The notes: generated by a model not told the origin, from the sequence alone. Shown: positions 27,556 through 41,168, counted from the stretch's first letter. The stretch: DNA of 64,000 bases from Octopus vulgaris (GCA_951406725.2 OX597840.1:15500001-15564000); one strand, 5' to 3'. Numbers and translations are program-made.

Positions 27556-29290
27556 TTTATTTTTATCATCATCATCATCATCATCATTTACAGTCCGTTT
27601 TCCATGTTGGCAGGGGTTGGATGGTTTGACCAGAGCTGGCAAGGCCTGGGAACATACCAGGCTACAGGTGTTTGTTCTGGCATGGTTTCTACAGCTAGAT
27701 GCCCTTCCTAAAGCCAATGGACTCCACAGAGTGTACTGGGTGTTTTTTATGAGACACCAACACATGTTCTTTTTATGTGGCACCATCATTGATTCTGTTG
27801 TGACAGATGGGTCTTCTTGAGTACAGCAAGGTCCCAGATATATCCTTCATAAGGCTTAGAGTCTTGAAATCGGTCTTCAGTACTTGGTGCCATGTCTTCC
27901 TGGGTCTCCCTATTCTGCCAGTTCCATCTACTTCATTTCAATTAATTTTGAATATAACGAACGATTTAGTAAAATAACTTTGTCATTACTAAGTTGGTGT
28001 TTAGAACATAAATTGTTATGAAATTTTGATGGCAGAAGGTTTAATGCAGATCATAGAACCAGGGGTTGTCACAGTTGAGTTGGTGTCAAGGGGATAACCC
28101 TTTTGTTTCCATATTTCTTTTGAAATAAACTGTCTTCATTTCAATTAATTTTGAAAATTATGAAGAATTTAGTAGAATAACTTTGTCGTTATAAAGTCGG
28201 TGGTGGAAACAAATTAACATGATGGAAGGGTTTTATTTAGATCATTTTAAGGTTTGTATCATAAAACCAGGACTAGGTTGAGGTGAATGGGTACCAAAAG
28301 GTTTAAACAGACAGAAACTCTACTTGGATCTGAGCTGCTTCATCTTAATCCAACACTGCCACCACCACCATCTGGTTGTTTGAGAAGCCTTTATTGAAAT
28401 TAACTCTGTTGCAAAACTAAGCACTTCCTACATGGGATCAACCGGCAAGGCCTGATTTTGGCATGGTTTTCACAGCTAGATACCCTTCTAAATACCAAGA
28501 TATCTTCTTCCGGTCTCCAAATCATCATCATCATAATTAACATTGTTTTAAAGTCCTGTTTCCCATGCTGGCATGGGTCAGATGAAATTTATTGAGATAG
28601 ATTTTTTATGATTACACACAAACCTTTCTTGTTGCCCAATCCTTACTTGTGAACATGCAAGGTAATTTTTCCCCTAGCCAAATATGTTTTTCACAGAATC
28701 ATCATCATTAATTATCATTATCATCATTTAATGTCTTCATTCTTCATTCTTTTTCTTCTTCTTCTTCTTCTCCTCCTCCATTCTTCTTTTTCTTCTTCCC
28801 CTCGTCTTCCTTCATTCATCTTCTTTTTCTTCTTCTGCTCCTTTTCCTTCTCCATTCTTTCTCCCCCTCCTCTTCTTCTTCCTCCTCCTCCTCCATGTTG
28901 CCATGGGTTGGATGAGGTTCCACAGTCTGTTTTGACATGGTTTCCATGGCTGGATGCCCTTCCTAATGCCAACCACTTTACAGAGTATCGGGTGCTTTCT
29001 ATGTAGCACTAAACCCCCCACATGGCACCTTGGTTTTATGAGAAATAAAGGAAACTTCCTGCATGACAGGGTCAGTGTTTATGACCATCACATGATGGCA
29101 AAACAAGGAGACTTAAGCACAACACACACACACATGCATGGATGCATATATACATATACCTACACACACACGCATATATATATATATAATTATGGTTAGG
29201 CTATATATGGTATTTCTTTGTATTAATTAATTTCTTATTAATGTATATTTATATATAAATGTTTATGGAATATTGAGTCTGATCTGAAAT

Positions 29291-29336
29291 CCACCTGATG
29301 AATGTCCTGAGAAGAGACATGAAACAATTGTAGTGG
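29291..29336 (+). ncRNA. Minimal type-I hammerhead ribozyme
   Basis: CCAC-CTGATGA-ATGTC[CTGAGAAGA]GACAT-GAAA-CAATTG-TA-GTGG. Canonical core, palindromic helix III (ACAATTGT), GUA cleavage after 29332. Confidence 0.85.
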
Positions 29337-29442
29337 CGAATATAATTTTATTTAATTTATATTAAAATTTTTTTATGTATTGGATTAAGTCTTTCTTTGT
29401 TTGATTTGCAAAATAGTGGTTTTGTCTCTAATTAATATTATA

Positions 29443-29951
29443 TCATCATCATCATCATCATCATCGTTTAACGTCCGTTTTCCGCGCTAGCACGGGTTGG
29501 ACGGTTTCGACCGGGGTCTGGGGAGCTAGGGACTGCCCCAGGCTCCAGTCTAGTCTGGCAGTGTTTCTACAGCTGGATGCCCTTCCTAACGCCAACCACT
29601 CCGCGAGTGTAGTGGGTGTTTTTTACGTGCCACCTTCACAGGTGCCAGAGGGGTCTGGCATCGGCCACGTTCGGATGGTGCTTTTTATGTGGGGGGGGGT
29701 GCAGAAATATATAGGGGAGCACCAGTGGGGAGGGGTGGTTCAGAGAAATGATGACAGGTTCTAGGCAAGTAGAACGTAGGATATCAAGAGAGGGGTAATG
29801 CATGGTGAAATAGCGTGTTGAAGAGGGGGTTCGAAGAGTAGACACCTATAATGGTGGTGGGAGAAGCGACATCCGGTATAGATGGAACAAAAATAGAGAT
29901 ATCCGGTATTGGTGGTGGGGGTGGGCAAGGGCGGGTGCACCGGGAATATGC
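29443..29951 (-). mobile_element. RTE-LINE 3' UTR (young subfamily shared with 58420-59052)
   Basis: (CAT)n tail; near-identical to the reverse complement of ~58470-59052. Confidence 0.8.
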
Positions 29952-30671
29952 GAAGGTTGAACTTTAGAGAAACGGGCGGGAATGGCGATGTTTTTAGGGT
30001 GGCATATAGAAAGAAAAGGAAAGCAAAGCAGATTGGTGGTTATAAGTTCAAAACATTTAAACGGTAGACAAATGTATGTATGTATGAAAAAGAAGGGAGA
30101 AATCTTCTTAGCTTGCTTATGGACATCGCTGTAAGTCGGGGAAGAAATGATAGTGAATGGTGGAGATCGAAATAAAGGATTGAAGGTTGAACTTTAGAGA
30201 AATGGGCGGGAATGGCGATGTTTTTAGGGTGGCATATAGAAAGAAAAGGAAAGCAAAGCAGATTGGTGGTTATAAGTTCAAAACATTTAAACGGTAGACA
30301 AATGTATGTATGTATGAAAAAGAAGGGATAAATCTTCTTAGCTTGCTTATGGACATCGCTGTAAGTCGGGGAAGAAATGATAGTGAATGGTGGAGATCGA
30401 AATAAAGGATTGAAGGTTGAACTTTAGAGAAACGGGCGGGAATGGCGATGTTTTTAGGGTGGCATATAGAAAGAAAAGGAAAGCAAAGCAGATTGGTGGT
30501 TATAAGTTCAAAACATTTAAACGGTAGACAAATGTATGTATGTATGAAAAAGAAGGGAGAAATCTTCTTAGCTTGCTTATGGACATCGCTGTAAGTCGGG
30601 GAAGAAATGATAGTGAATGGTGGAGATCGAAATAAAGGATTGAAGGTTGAACTTTAGAGAAACGGGCGGGA
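29952..30671. repeat. 230-bp tandem repeat, 3.1 copies
   Basis: GAAGGTTGAACTTTAGAGAAA at 29952, 30182, 30412 and 30642. Only about two substitutions seen among the copies. Confidence 0.95.
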
Positions 30672-30833
30672 CTATATATATATATATATATATATATAAT
30701 AGAAATATTAAAATTACTAAGTCTCTCTAAAAGAGATTACAGCAGCGTTACTGGAAATACTACGGCAGCGTTACTAGGTAAATAAAACCTTCGAACAGAG
30801 ACGATCAGTGGCAACACCTGTTGGGTCAACTAT

Positions 30834-30876
30834 GCTACATTGACAAAGGGCAAATACCCTGAAACGCGTCTGTAGC
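30834..30876 (+). ncRNA. Minimal type-I hammerhead ribozyme, U3-A8 core variant
   Basis: GCTACA-TTGACAA-AGGG[CAAATA]CCCT-GAAA-CGCG-TC-TGTAGC. 6-bp helix I, palindromic helix III (ACGCGT), GUC triplet. Confidence 0.75.
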
Positions 30877-31042
30877 TGTCGGACTGGCAGTGTGAAGCGG
30901 CTGACCTCCCTTGTTCGAAGGTTATAATGGACACAGTTTGTGTGTCAAATAGCTATCTTAAGGCGATGGCCTCATGGAGCTAACCAGTGACAGCTTTTAG
31001 TCTTATATCTATAAGACTGCCATATTAATATGGCGATAACAA

Positions 31043-31087
<45 letters not shown>

Positions 31088-31090
<3 letters not shown>

Positions 31091-31406
31091 AATGTTGGAC
31101 CTCATAGAGGTGATAACAAGTGACAGAGAACCTTGGTGATATGCTGTACTTGAGAAGACTCATCGAGCCAAGCGAAATCATAACCATGGCCATCGGCCAT
31201 GTCATGTAAATGGCACCCATGCCAGTGGCACATAAAAAGCACCCATTACTCTCTGAGTGGTTGGCGTTAGGAAGGGCATCAAGTAATAGGAACCATGCCA
31301 AATCAAACTGGAGTCTGGTGCAGTTCTCCAGCTTACCAATTCCAGTCAAACCATCTAACCCATGCCAACATGGAAAGCAGACATTAAATGATGATGATGA
31401 TGATGA

Positions 31407-31443
<37 letters not shown>

Positions 31444-32165
31444 TATATACATATATATATGGGATGAGGTGGTGAAGCATGACCTTCAAATATTAGGCCT
31501 CACCAAGTCAATGACTAGTGATCGAGACCTTTGGAAATATTCAGTGCGTGAGGAGACCTGGCAAGCCAAGTGAAACCATTGCCTGTGGCCTATGCCAGGG
31601 GTGTAAACAGCTCACTTATGGGTACCTTTCCTTCATTGGACACTAAACTCTGCTTGTGAAGACCTGTTGAGGCAAGTGAAATCGAAATCAAATCAAATTC
31701 GCAAATTCAAAGACTGGCACCTGTGCTAGTGGAGCGCTAAGAGCACCATCCAAGCATGATTGTTGTCAGAGCAGCTGACTGGCTTCCATGCTGGTGGCAC
31801 GTAAAAAGCACCATTCAAATGTGATCATTACCAGCATCGCCTTACTGGCACTTGTGCTGGTGGCACATGAATAAACATTCAAGTGAGGTCGTTGCCAGTG
31901 CCACTAGACTGGCTCCTATGCAGGGGGCACATAAAAAACACCACTTGAGCTTGGCCATTGCCAGTACAGCCTGACTGGCTCTCATGCTGGTGACAGGTAA
32001 AATCACTCACTACACTCTCGGAGTGGTTGGCATTAGGAAGGGCATCCAACTGTAGAACCTCTGCCAGATCAGATTGGAGCCTGGTGCAGCCATCTAGTTT
32101 GCCAGTCCTCAGTCAAATCGTCCAACCCATGCTAGCTTGGAAAGCGGACATTAAACGATGATGAT
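31088..32165 (+). mobile_element. Two adjacent RTE-LINE 3' fragments (31088-31410; 31459-32165)
   Basis: The second begins with WDEVVKHDL..DRDLWKY, the RTE ORF2 end. Both end in (GAT)n. Confidence 0.8.
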
Positions 32166-32300
32166 ATATATATAACTTGTTGCAAAGACCCTCTTTGTTT
32201 TAATTATATAAACTTTTACCGAATATGGTCCTTTTCCATACCGAAACACTACTTGGTGAAATTTGTTGATTTTATTAAATTAATTATATTTCACCCTTTA

Positions 32301-32337
<37 letters not shown>

Positions 32338-32619
32338 ATAGATAGATAGATATATGAATAAGCATTATAGAAGAAAATGGAGAAATTGATGCATAGACAT
32401 TAGTTTATTGAAGGATATTCCACTTATGACAAAATGAAATTTTTATCCCTTCAGCCATTTCCCTATCCAATTAGTTCAATTAGAGAAATTGAATTAATTT
32501 AAAATTTTCAAATTGAAACTCGTTAATTGGGCATTTCATCAGGTATAAACCAGAGAATTGGGATGCAAACATCCATTAAAGAATTATAGGTCCTGAAAGG
32601 ATTGTAAGTCCTTGGCTTG

Positions 32620-32703
<84 letters not shown>

Positions 32704-33825
32704 TGTATGTATGTATGTATGTATGTATGCATGCATGCATGTAATAAGTAGGGGGTTCTGAAAGAGGTCTCAAGGAGTAGTATCCCTGCCTTCCTGAGCT
32801 AATTTTCCACCACATTTCTTAAAAATCATGGTAGAGGCATTGGTCTCAGGACCACTCATGTCTAGAAACTGAGGTTTCAGGTAAGCAAGGGCATGCTTCC
32901 CATAGAAAATCCAGCTCCAAAAAAGCCTCATGATAGCAAAGGAGAATAGGCACCAGCCAGCCTAAATGTTGGGGTAGGCTGCACCTGCGTCCCTCAGTTG
33001 CTATGGCATTGAGGTAGATCTGTCCACCCCCATTAATGGGGACAAAACCTGAATTTAAAACACTAGGTGATGATGATGATGATAAATATATGTGTGTGTG
33101 TGTGTGTGTGTGTGTATATGAAAGGCTACTTTCAGTTTCTGTTTGCCAGATCCATTCACAAGTAGAAGACGCTTGCCAAGGTGCCATGTAGTGAGTCTGA
33201 TGCTGGAACCATGTGATGGATGAACAGACCTCTTACCACATTGTCATGCATACAACTATTAAATAACTCATTATTCTGAAGCACTATTTTCTACAACTGT
33301 GACCCCAAAACTCATGACATGAGTCTTACGCCTTATTTTTTCCCACTTCACCTCACTGCACCCCATCCTCATTCAGACATTTCACAAAATTCCTGGAGAA
33401 GGTCACAGATTCTGACCTTTCTTGCCTGACTTAAGATATTAAAAGAATTAATAAAGAAAAAAGAAAAACATAAAGATATAGAAAAGAAATTTGGTGACAT
33501 TCTGGAGTTGATGGTCAAAAATTTAATTCAATTTATTTTCATCATTGTTGCTCATAGAATTGCATTGTTTGTGATGTGGTTAATAATATTTTTGAAATCT
33601 ATTTTCTTAGTAATTAAAAAGAAAATCATTTCTTTAATTACGTTGTTTTTTTTGGGAGGGGTTTGTATTTTTAATCATTCTATTTATTATTTTTTTGTTT
33701 ATTATTAAAATTGAATCAAATTAAAATGAAGAGTATAAAAAATTTGGATGCACATGTGTATATATGTGTGTGTGTGTGTGTGCGGATACATAGGCACATG
33801 CACACATACATACATACATACATAC

Positions 33826-33859
<34 letters not shown>

Positions 33860-33974
33860 GTATGTATGTATATGTTGATAAATATTTATATCTGCATATA
33901 TAGATATATACAAACATATACACACACACAAGAACATATGTAGCTCACATATAGCTATAATATATATATATATA

Positions 33975-34125
33975 CCGGAGTAAACATATAAATGTGAAAC
34001 AAGGTGGAAAAAAGAGTACTCAAATACCAGGGGTAGAGTAATATGCTTTATTTAAAAGCAGCAGAAATTCAACAAATCTGTTACTCAGAGTTTCACGTTC
34101 CCGTTCGTCGGACAGTTTTGTTAAA
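33975..34125 (-). mobile_element. Short HHR-bearing element in (TA)n (family shared with 46311-46511)
   Basis: HHR followed by AATAAA, TTGAGTACT and a ...TTTACTCCGG end; flanked by TA repeats. Confidence 0.7.
34078..34115 (-). ncRNA. Minimal type-I hammerhead ribozyme (C at position 4)
   Basis: Minus strand: CTGT-CCGACGA-ACG[GGAA]CGT-GAAA-CTC[T]GAG-TA-ACAG. GUA triplet. Confidence 0.7.
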
Positions 34126-34566
34126 TATATATATATATGTGTGTGTGTGTGCATATATATATTTATACATGTATTTATACACACGCACATACACATACAT
34201 ATCTTTTTGCATATTATATATGTGTGTGCTTGTCTGTGTATTAAATAGAGACATTGTTCCATAACTGTAACTGAGACTAAAGAACAAGAAATGAAAATAG
34301 GAAATTAACCATTTCAGAACAAAAAATAAATACACTAGCGTTTTTTATGTGTGTGTGCATATATATATATGTGTGTGTGTGTGTGTGCATATATATATGT
34401 GTGTGTGTGTGTGTGTGTATATATATAACATGTTCGTAAGGACTACATAGAGTGATCGATGGGGGTGGAAAGGAAGTTCAAGATTAACAGAATCAATTTT
34501 GGTTGTTTTGTGTATATTTCTTCCCTCCCTCTTCTTTACACACGTACACACACATACACGTATATG

Positions 34567-34597
<31 letters not shown>

Positions 34598-34799
34598 TAT
34601 ACATACATATATATAGGTGCAGGCATGGCTGTGCAGTAAGTAGCTTGCTTCCCAACCACGTGGTTCTGGGTTCAGTCCCACTGTGTGAAACCTTGGGCAA
34701 GTGTCTTCTACTATAGCCTTGGGCCGACCAAAGCCTTGTGAGTTGATTTGGTAGATGGAAACAGAAAGAAGTCCATCATATATATATATATATATATAT

Positions 34800-35710
34800 G
34801 TAAGCTCACAAGAAATGAAGCCAGTATGCTCCATTGGATGTGTAATGTCAGTGTTCATACCCGACAGAGTGTAAGTGCCTTGAGAGAAAAGTTGGACCTA
34901 AGAAGCACCAGATGTGGTGTGCGAGAGAGGCGTCTACGCTGGTATGGACACGTAGTAAGAATGGATGAAGATAGTTGTGTGAAAAAGTGCCACACCCTAG
35001 CAGTTGAGGGAACCTGTGGAAGAGGTAGACCCAGGAAAACCTGGGACGAGGTGATGAAGAACGACCTTCGCTCTTTAGGTCTCACCGAGAAAATGACCAG
35101 AGACCGAGACTTTTGGAAGTATGCTGTGTGCGAGAAGACCCGGCAGGACAAGTGAGGACATAACCCATGGCCCCTACCTGGGACGTAGTCAGTCCACCTG
35201 TGCATACCTCCCTTCTTGGGACACATAACTCTACTTGTGAAGACCTGTTGAGGCAAGTGAAAATCAAAAATCAAAGTATCAAATCAAAATCGATGAACAT
35301 CAATGGAATTTGTAGTTTTGTGGTACCAGTGCCGGTGGCACATAAGAAAACCATCTGAACGTGGCCGTAGCCAGTTCCGCATCGACTGGCTCCATGCTGG
35401 TGGCACGTAACAAACACCATCCGATCGTGGCCGTGCCAGCCTCGCCTGGCCTCCATGCCAGTGGCACGTAAAAAACACCATCCGAGCATGGCTGTTCGCC
35501 AGCCTCGTCTGGCACCTGTGTCGGTGGCACATAAAAAGCACCCACTACACTCACGGAGTGGTTGGCGTTAGGAAGGGCATCCAGCTGTAGAAACACTGCC
35601 AGATCTGACTGGCCTGGTGCAGCCTTCGGGCTTCCCAGACCCCAGTTGAACCATCCAACCCATGCTAGCATGGAAAGCGGACGTTAAACAATGAGGATGA
35701 TGATGATGAT
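34800..35710 (+). mobile_element. 5'-truncated RTE-clade LINE inserted in the central microsatellite of a family A SINE (34615-35925)
   Basis: ORF 34748..35155 contains RLRWYGHVVRM and GRGRPRKTW. The 3' UTR has internal ~60-bp repeats and a GAT tail. SINE A halves flank it. Confidence 0.9.
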
Positions 35711-36292
35711 ACACACACACACGTATATATGTATATGTTTGTGTGTCTGTGTTTGTCCCCCCACCAACGCTTGACAGCCAATGTTGGTGTGTTTATGTCC
35801 CTGTAACTTAGCGGTTCAGATAGAATAAGTACTAGGCTCATAAAGAATAAGTCTTGGGGTTGATTTGTTCGGCTGAAGGTGGTGCTCCAGCATGGCCACA
35901 GTCAAATGACTGAAACAAATAAAAGAATATATAGAGACATATATCTATATGTGTGTGTATGCATACATAGACATAGACACATGTGCATACACACATATTT
36001 GCCTGCACACACACACACACACACACACATATACAGTTGTACACACTAATACACACCTAAAATTTGTTAAATTATTGAAATCAATATTTGTTTGAACTCA
36101 GGAACTTCCACAATATTTCATCGGAAAAGGAAAAAAAACGAAAACAACGAAAAAATAAAGAACCATCTGAAAAATCAGTAAAGTTTTTTTAATGGAGAAA
36201 CATTTAGAAAAACACCAAAAATATTTGTTTTTACTTGGAGGGAGGGAGTAATTATTTTATATATATAGAAGATATATATATATATATATATA

Positions 36293-36374
<82 letters not shown>

Positions 36375-36529
36375 CAAAGGGGAGAGAGAGAGATAAACAC
36401 ACACATATATATATATATATTGTTTTTCTGTTTTTAAGATTTTAGGAAAAATTTTCAGAGAAAGAAACAAAGATGTTTTTGTTATTGTTATTGGGTTGTT
36501 TGTTGATCATCTCATTCGCTTTTTCCTTC

Positions 36530-37260
36530 AACTCTTTCTTTCAACTCTTTCTTCTTCTTCTTCTTTTCTTCTTCTTCTTCTTCTTCTTCTTCTTCTTCTT
36601 CTTCTTCTTCTTCTTCTTCTTCTTCTTCTTTCTCTTTTCTTCTTCTTCTTCTTCTTCTTCTTCTTCTTCTTTTTCTTCTTCTTTTTCTACTTCTTCTTCT
36701 TCTTTTTTTCATTTATCTTATATTTCTTCATTCTTCTAGTTTCTTTTTTTTCTCCATCATTTTCTTTTCCCTCCCTTATCTTCATTCTGTCTTCTGCTTC
36801 TTCTTCTTCTCCTCCTTCTTCTTCTTCTCCTCCTTCTTCTTCTTCTTTTTCTTCTTCTTCTACTTCTTCTTCTTTCTCTTTTTCTTCTTCTTTTTCTTCT
36901 TCTTTTTCTTCTTCTTCTTTTTCTTCTTCTTCTTTTTCTACTTCTTCTTCTGCTTCTTCTTCTTCTTCTTTTCATTGATCTTATATTTCTTCATTCTTCT
37001 AGTTTCTTTTTTTTCTCCATCATTTTCTTTTCCCTCCATTATCTTCATTCTGTCTTCTGCTTCTTCTTCTTCTCCTCCTTCTTCTTCTTGTTTTTCTTCT
37101 TTTTCTCCTTCCCCATTCTTTTTTTTCTTCTCGTCCTCTTCATTCATCTTCTTTGTCTTCTGCTTCTTTTCCTTCTCTATTCTTCCTCCCCTCTTCCTTC
37201 TTCCCTTCTCTTCTTCCTTGTTCTTCCTCCCCCCATTCTTCTCTTCTTGCCATTCCTTAC
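36530..37260. repeat. (CTT)n-rich low-complexity tract with an internal ~263-bp duplication
   Basis: ATCTTATATTTCTTCATTCTTCTAGTTTC at ~36715 and ~36978. Confidence 0.9.
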
Positions 37261-37489
37261 TGTTCCCCACCACTAACACAACCACCAACTCCATTCCATT
37301 CTTGGACTCTTCCCAATACCAAATCAGATAATATATTGGACCCTCACTTAACTCTACTTCAGTTCCAGAAAAGGGGTCACCATGGTTGATCCTCACAACC
37401 CATTACTCATTTCAGCATAGCTGATTCTGAGTTAGAAAGGGTTGTAGGAGGGAGACAGACAGAGAAAAACAAACCCTGCCCTCCTCCCA

Positions 37490-37690
37490 CTTATTGACCC
37501 CTGGAGGACAAAGGACAAAGCTTGTACTTTACATATTGACTCCTGGAGGACAAAGGACAATGCTTGTACTTTACTTATTGACCCCTAGAGGACAAAGGAC
37601 AAAGCTTGTACTTTAGTTATTGATCCCTGGAGGACAAAAGACAAAGCTTGTACTTTACTTATTGACCCCTGAAGGACAAATGACAAAATT
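37490..37690. repeat. 42-bp tandem repeat, ~4.5 copies, derived from a SINE B segment
   Basis: CTTATTGACCCCTGGAGGACAAAGGACAAAGCTTGTACTTTA at 37490, 37532, 37574, 37616 and 37658 (partial). Confidence 0.85.
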
Positions 37691-38221
37691 GACTTCAGCA
37701 GGATTAGAACTCAGACTGCTGAGAAGCAGAATGCTACATGGCATTGCGTTTGGCATTCTGATGACTTTGTGTATCCAATGCACTGTGTATCCAAGATGGA
37801 CATTGCCTGAAGATGGAGTGAAGCTACATGGCGTAGTGGTTAGAGTATTCGGTTCATGCTCATAGGGTTGTGAGTTCAATTTTCAGTGGTGCATTATTGC
37901 GCCAGTTCACTCAGCTGGCAAAAATGAGTTGTAGCTGTAATGCAAAGGGGCCAGCCTTGTCACACTCTCTGACATACTGAATCTCCCTGAGAACTACATT
38001 TAGGGTACACACGTGTTTGTGGAGTGCTCCACTGCTGATACATTAATTTCATGAGCAGGCTATTTGGTGGAGCAGATCAACCAGGACCCTATTTGTCTGT
38101 CTACCTATCTATCTATCCATCTATCTATCTTATCTATCTATCTATGTATCTATATATCTATCTTATCTATCTATCTGTCTGTCTGTCTGTCTATCTATCG
38201 ATCTATCTGTCTATCTGTCAG

Positions 38222-38298
<77 letters not shown>

Positions 38299-38421
38299 TT
38301 ATCTATATATCTGTCTGTCTGCTTATCTCTCTATCTATCTATCTTTCCGTCTATCTATCTATCCATCTGTCAGTCGGTCTAACTATCCATCTGTCAGTCG
38401 GTCTATCTATCTATCTATCTA

Positions 38422-38474
<53 letters not shown>

Positions 38475-39519
38475 TTATTTATTTGTCTGTCTGTCCATCT
38501 ATCTATCTGAATGTCTATCTATTTATCTATCTGTCTGTCTTGTCTGTCTGTCTACCTATTGACTTATCTACACTTTATTTCACTTTGCTCTGGGCCACCC
38601 TGCTGGCAAAAATAAGATGTACCTTTAATTCCAAAGGGCCAACCATGTCACATTCTATATCATGCTGAATCTCCCATGTGTCTGCGGAGTACTCAGCCAC
38701 TTACACATTAATTTCATGAGCAAGCTGTTCCATTAATTGGATCAGTTGAAGAAAACCTCATCATTGTGACTAATGAAGGACTAGTTAGCTTGAGGATGAG
38801 AGAAAGTGGCAGCTAGAATGCTTTTGATCAGGACAGGTTTGCTAGTCCTGTTTGTGTTGACCTGGGGTTAAACAACAACAGCAATACTCTGATATTTCTG
38901 TCCAGTGTGAGAGGAATAAATATATTTAAGAGAAGGAAGAGAGAGTGAGAAAGAAAAAGAACCGAAGAGAAAATGAGGAAAAGAGAGAGGGTGAGAGAGA
39001 GAGAGAAGGATAGAGTAGAGAAAACGTTTGAGGGATTTGAAAAGGGAATAGAGAGAGGGGAGTGAGAGAGCGAAGGCGGGGTAGTAAGAGAGAGAGAGAG
39101 AGTAGAAAAAACGTTTGAGGGGGTTTTAAAGATAATAGAGAGAGGGGGAGTGAGAAAGAGTGAGAGGGAGAAAGAAGGAAAGAGTCGAGAAAACATTTGA
39201 GATTTGAAAAGAGAATAGAGAGAGGCAGAGTGAGAGAGAAAGGGAGGAACAGAGAAAGAGCGAGAGAGAGAGAGATAGTGAATGATGAAGAAGAAGGTAA
39301 GAAAGAGAGAGGAAAGAGTGAGTAAAAAATGAGATTTTGTATTTTTTTTGTTTTGTTCCCTTTTGTTATAAAATGGTTTTTAAAAAAAAGACAAGCAATT
39401 CCATGGAGAGACATTATTGAGTGTTTCCTTAATGAATTCAACAGAAGAAGTCTAGAATGTTCTTTAGAGAGTCTCGTTAACAACATACTGGCTCCTCAAC
39501 AACAATCATTATATCATTA

Positions 39520-39935
39520 TTACTGTCACCACCACCACCACCTCAACCACTGCCACTATGACTGCTGCCACCACCATTACCATCATCACCGCGACCACAA
39601 CCACCACTTTCATAACCACTACTACTACTACCACCACCACTACTACCACCACTCACAACCACTACTACTCCTACCTCCACCACCACCATTACAACTACTA
39701 TCTCCATCATCACCACTACCATCACTATCACCACCACCACCCCATAACAACCATTACTACCGACACTACTACTGCCACAACCATTACTACTACTACTACT
39801 ATCACTGCCACCACCACCTTCTCCAGCAGGACTATCACACCCATCACTGCAATACCATCACCACCACTAACATTACTACTGCTACTTCTGTGCCCCTACT
39901 ACCACCACTACCACCACCATCATCATTAACAACAA
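39520..39935. repeat. (CAC/TAC)n trinucleotide low-complexity tract
   Basis: Direct inspection. Confidence 0.9.
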
Positions 39936-40764
39936 CAACCGACCAATGAAAAACAGGGTTATACTCTCACTCATCCTGCTAGAAATAACAGCACAGTCTC
40001 CATCTTAATATAGAAAAGCTGTACTTGTGGTAGACCAGTTGATGAGGACATGTGTTATATGGGAAGAGTTGCATGTTTTCTAGAAGGGCAGAGGGTATCA
40101 GATTGGTTTCTGGTTCTTTCTATAAACCCAGGCAAAGACAGGTGCTATAAATAATGATTATTACATCCTTTTCTTTATTGCAGTAAATTTGACCTACGGC
40201 TGTTTCCATAGATACGATATGTATGTACATATATACAATGGGCTTCTTTCAGTTTCCATTTACCAAATCCACTCACAAGGCTTTGGTCAGCCCAAGGCTA
40301 TATTAGAAGACACTTGTCCAAGGTGCCATGCAGTAGGACTAAACCCAGAACCATGCTTCTTACCGCACAGCCATGTCTGCGCCTATCTTTTCTCTTATAT
40401 TTGTTTCACTCATTAGACTGTGGCCATGCTGGGGCACTCCTTTGAAGAACTTTTAGTTGAATGAATCAACCCCAGTACTTATTTTTTTTTATTTTTAAGC
40501 CTGGTATTTATTCTACTAGTCTCTTTTGTCAGACTGCTAAGTTATGGGGACATAAACACACCAACACTGGTTGTCAAGCAGTGGTGGGTGACAAATACAG
40601 ACACACATATATAGATATATGTGACTGGCTTCCTTCAGTTTCTGTCTATCAAATCCACTCACAAGGTTTTGGCCTAGGGCTATAGTGGAAGACACTTGTG
40701 CAAGGTGCCACACAGTGGGACTGAACCCAGAACTATTTGGTTGGGAAGCAAACTTCTTACTGCA

Positions 40765-41130
40765 CAGGATGAAAGGCAAAATCGACCACGGTGGAATTTA
40801 AATGCAGAACATGATAACAGACAGTGTTGCTAAGCATTTCTCTCAGCATGCTAATGATTCTGCCAGCTCACCACCTTAATAATAATAATAATAATAATAC
40901 TTTCTACTAAAGGCACAAGGCCTGAAATCTGGGAGGAGGGGACCAGTTGATGACAGGCAATCCCAGTGTTTCACTGGTACTTAATTTATCAACCCTGAAG
41001 GGATAAAAGACAAAGTCAACCTTGGTGGAATTTGAACTTGGAACATAGCAGTGGGCAAAATACCTCTAAGCATTTCAACCAGCATGCTAACGATTCTGCC
41101 AGCTTAATAGTGATGATGATGATGATGATG

Positions 41131-41168
<38 letters not shown>

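Noticed and set aside
32470-32556. CTGATGA on the - strand in a TA-flanked island
   Set aside because: Stem II, helix III and helix I could not be built around a GAAA.
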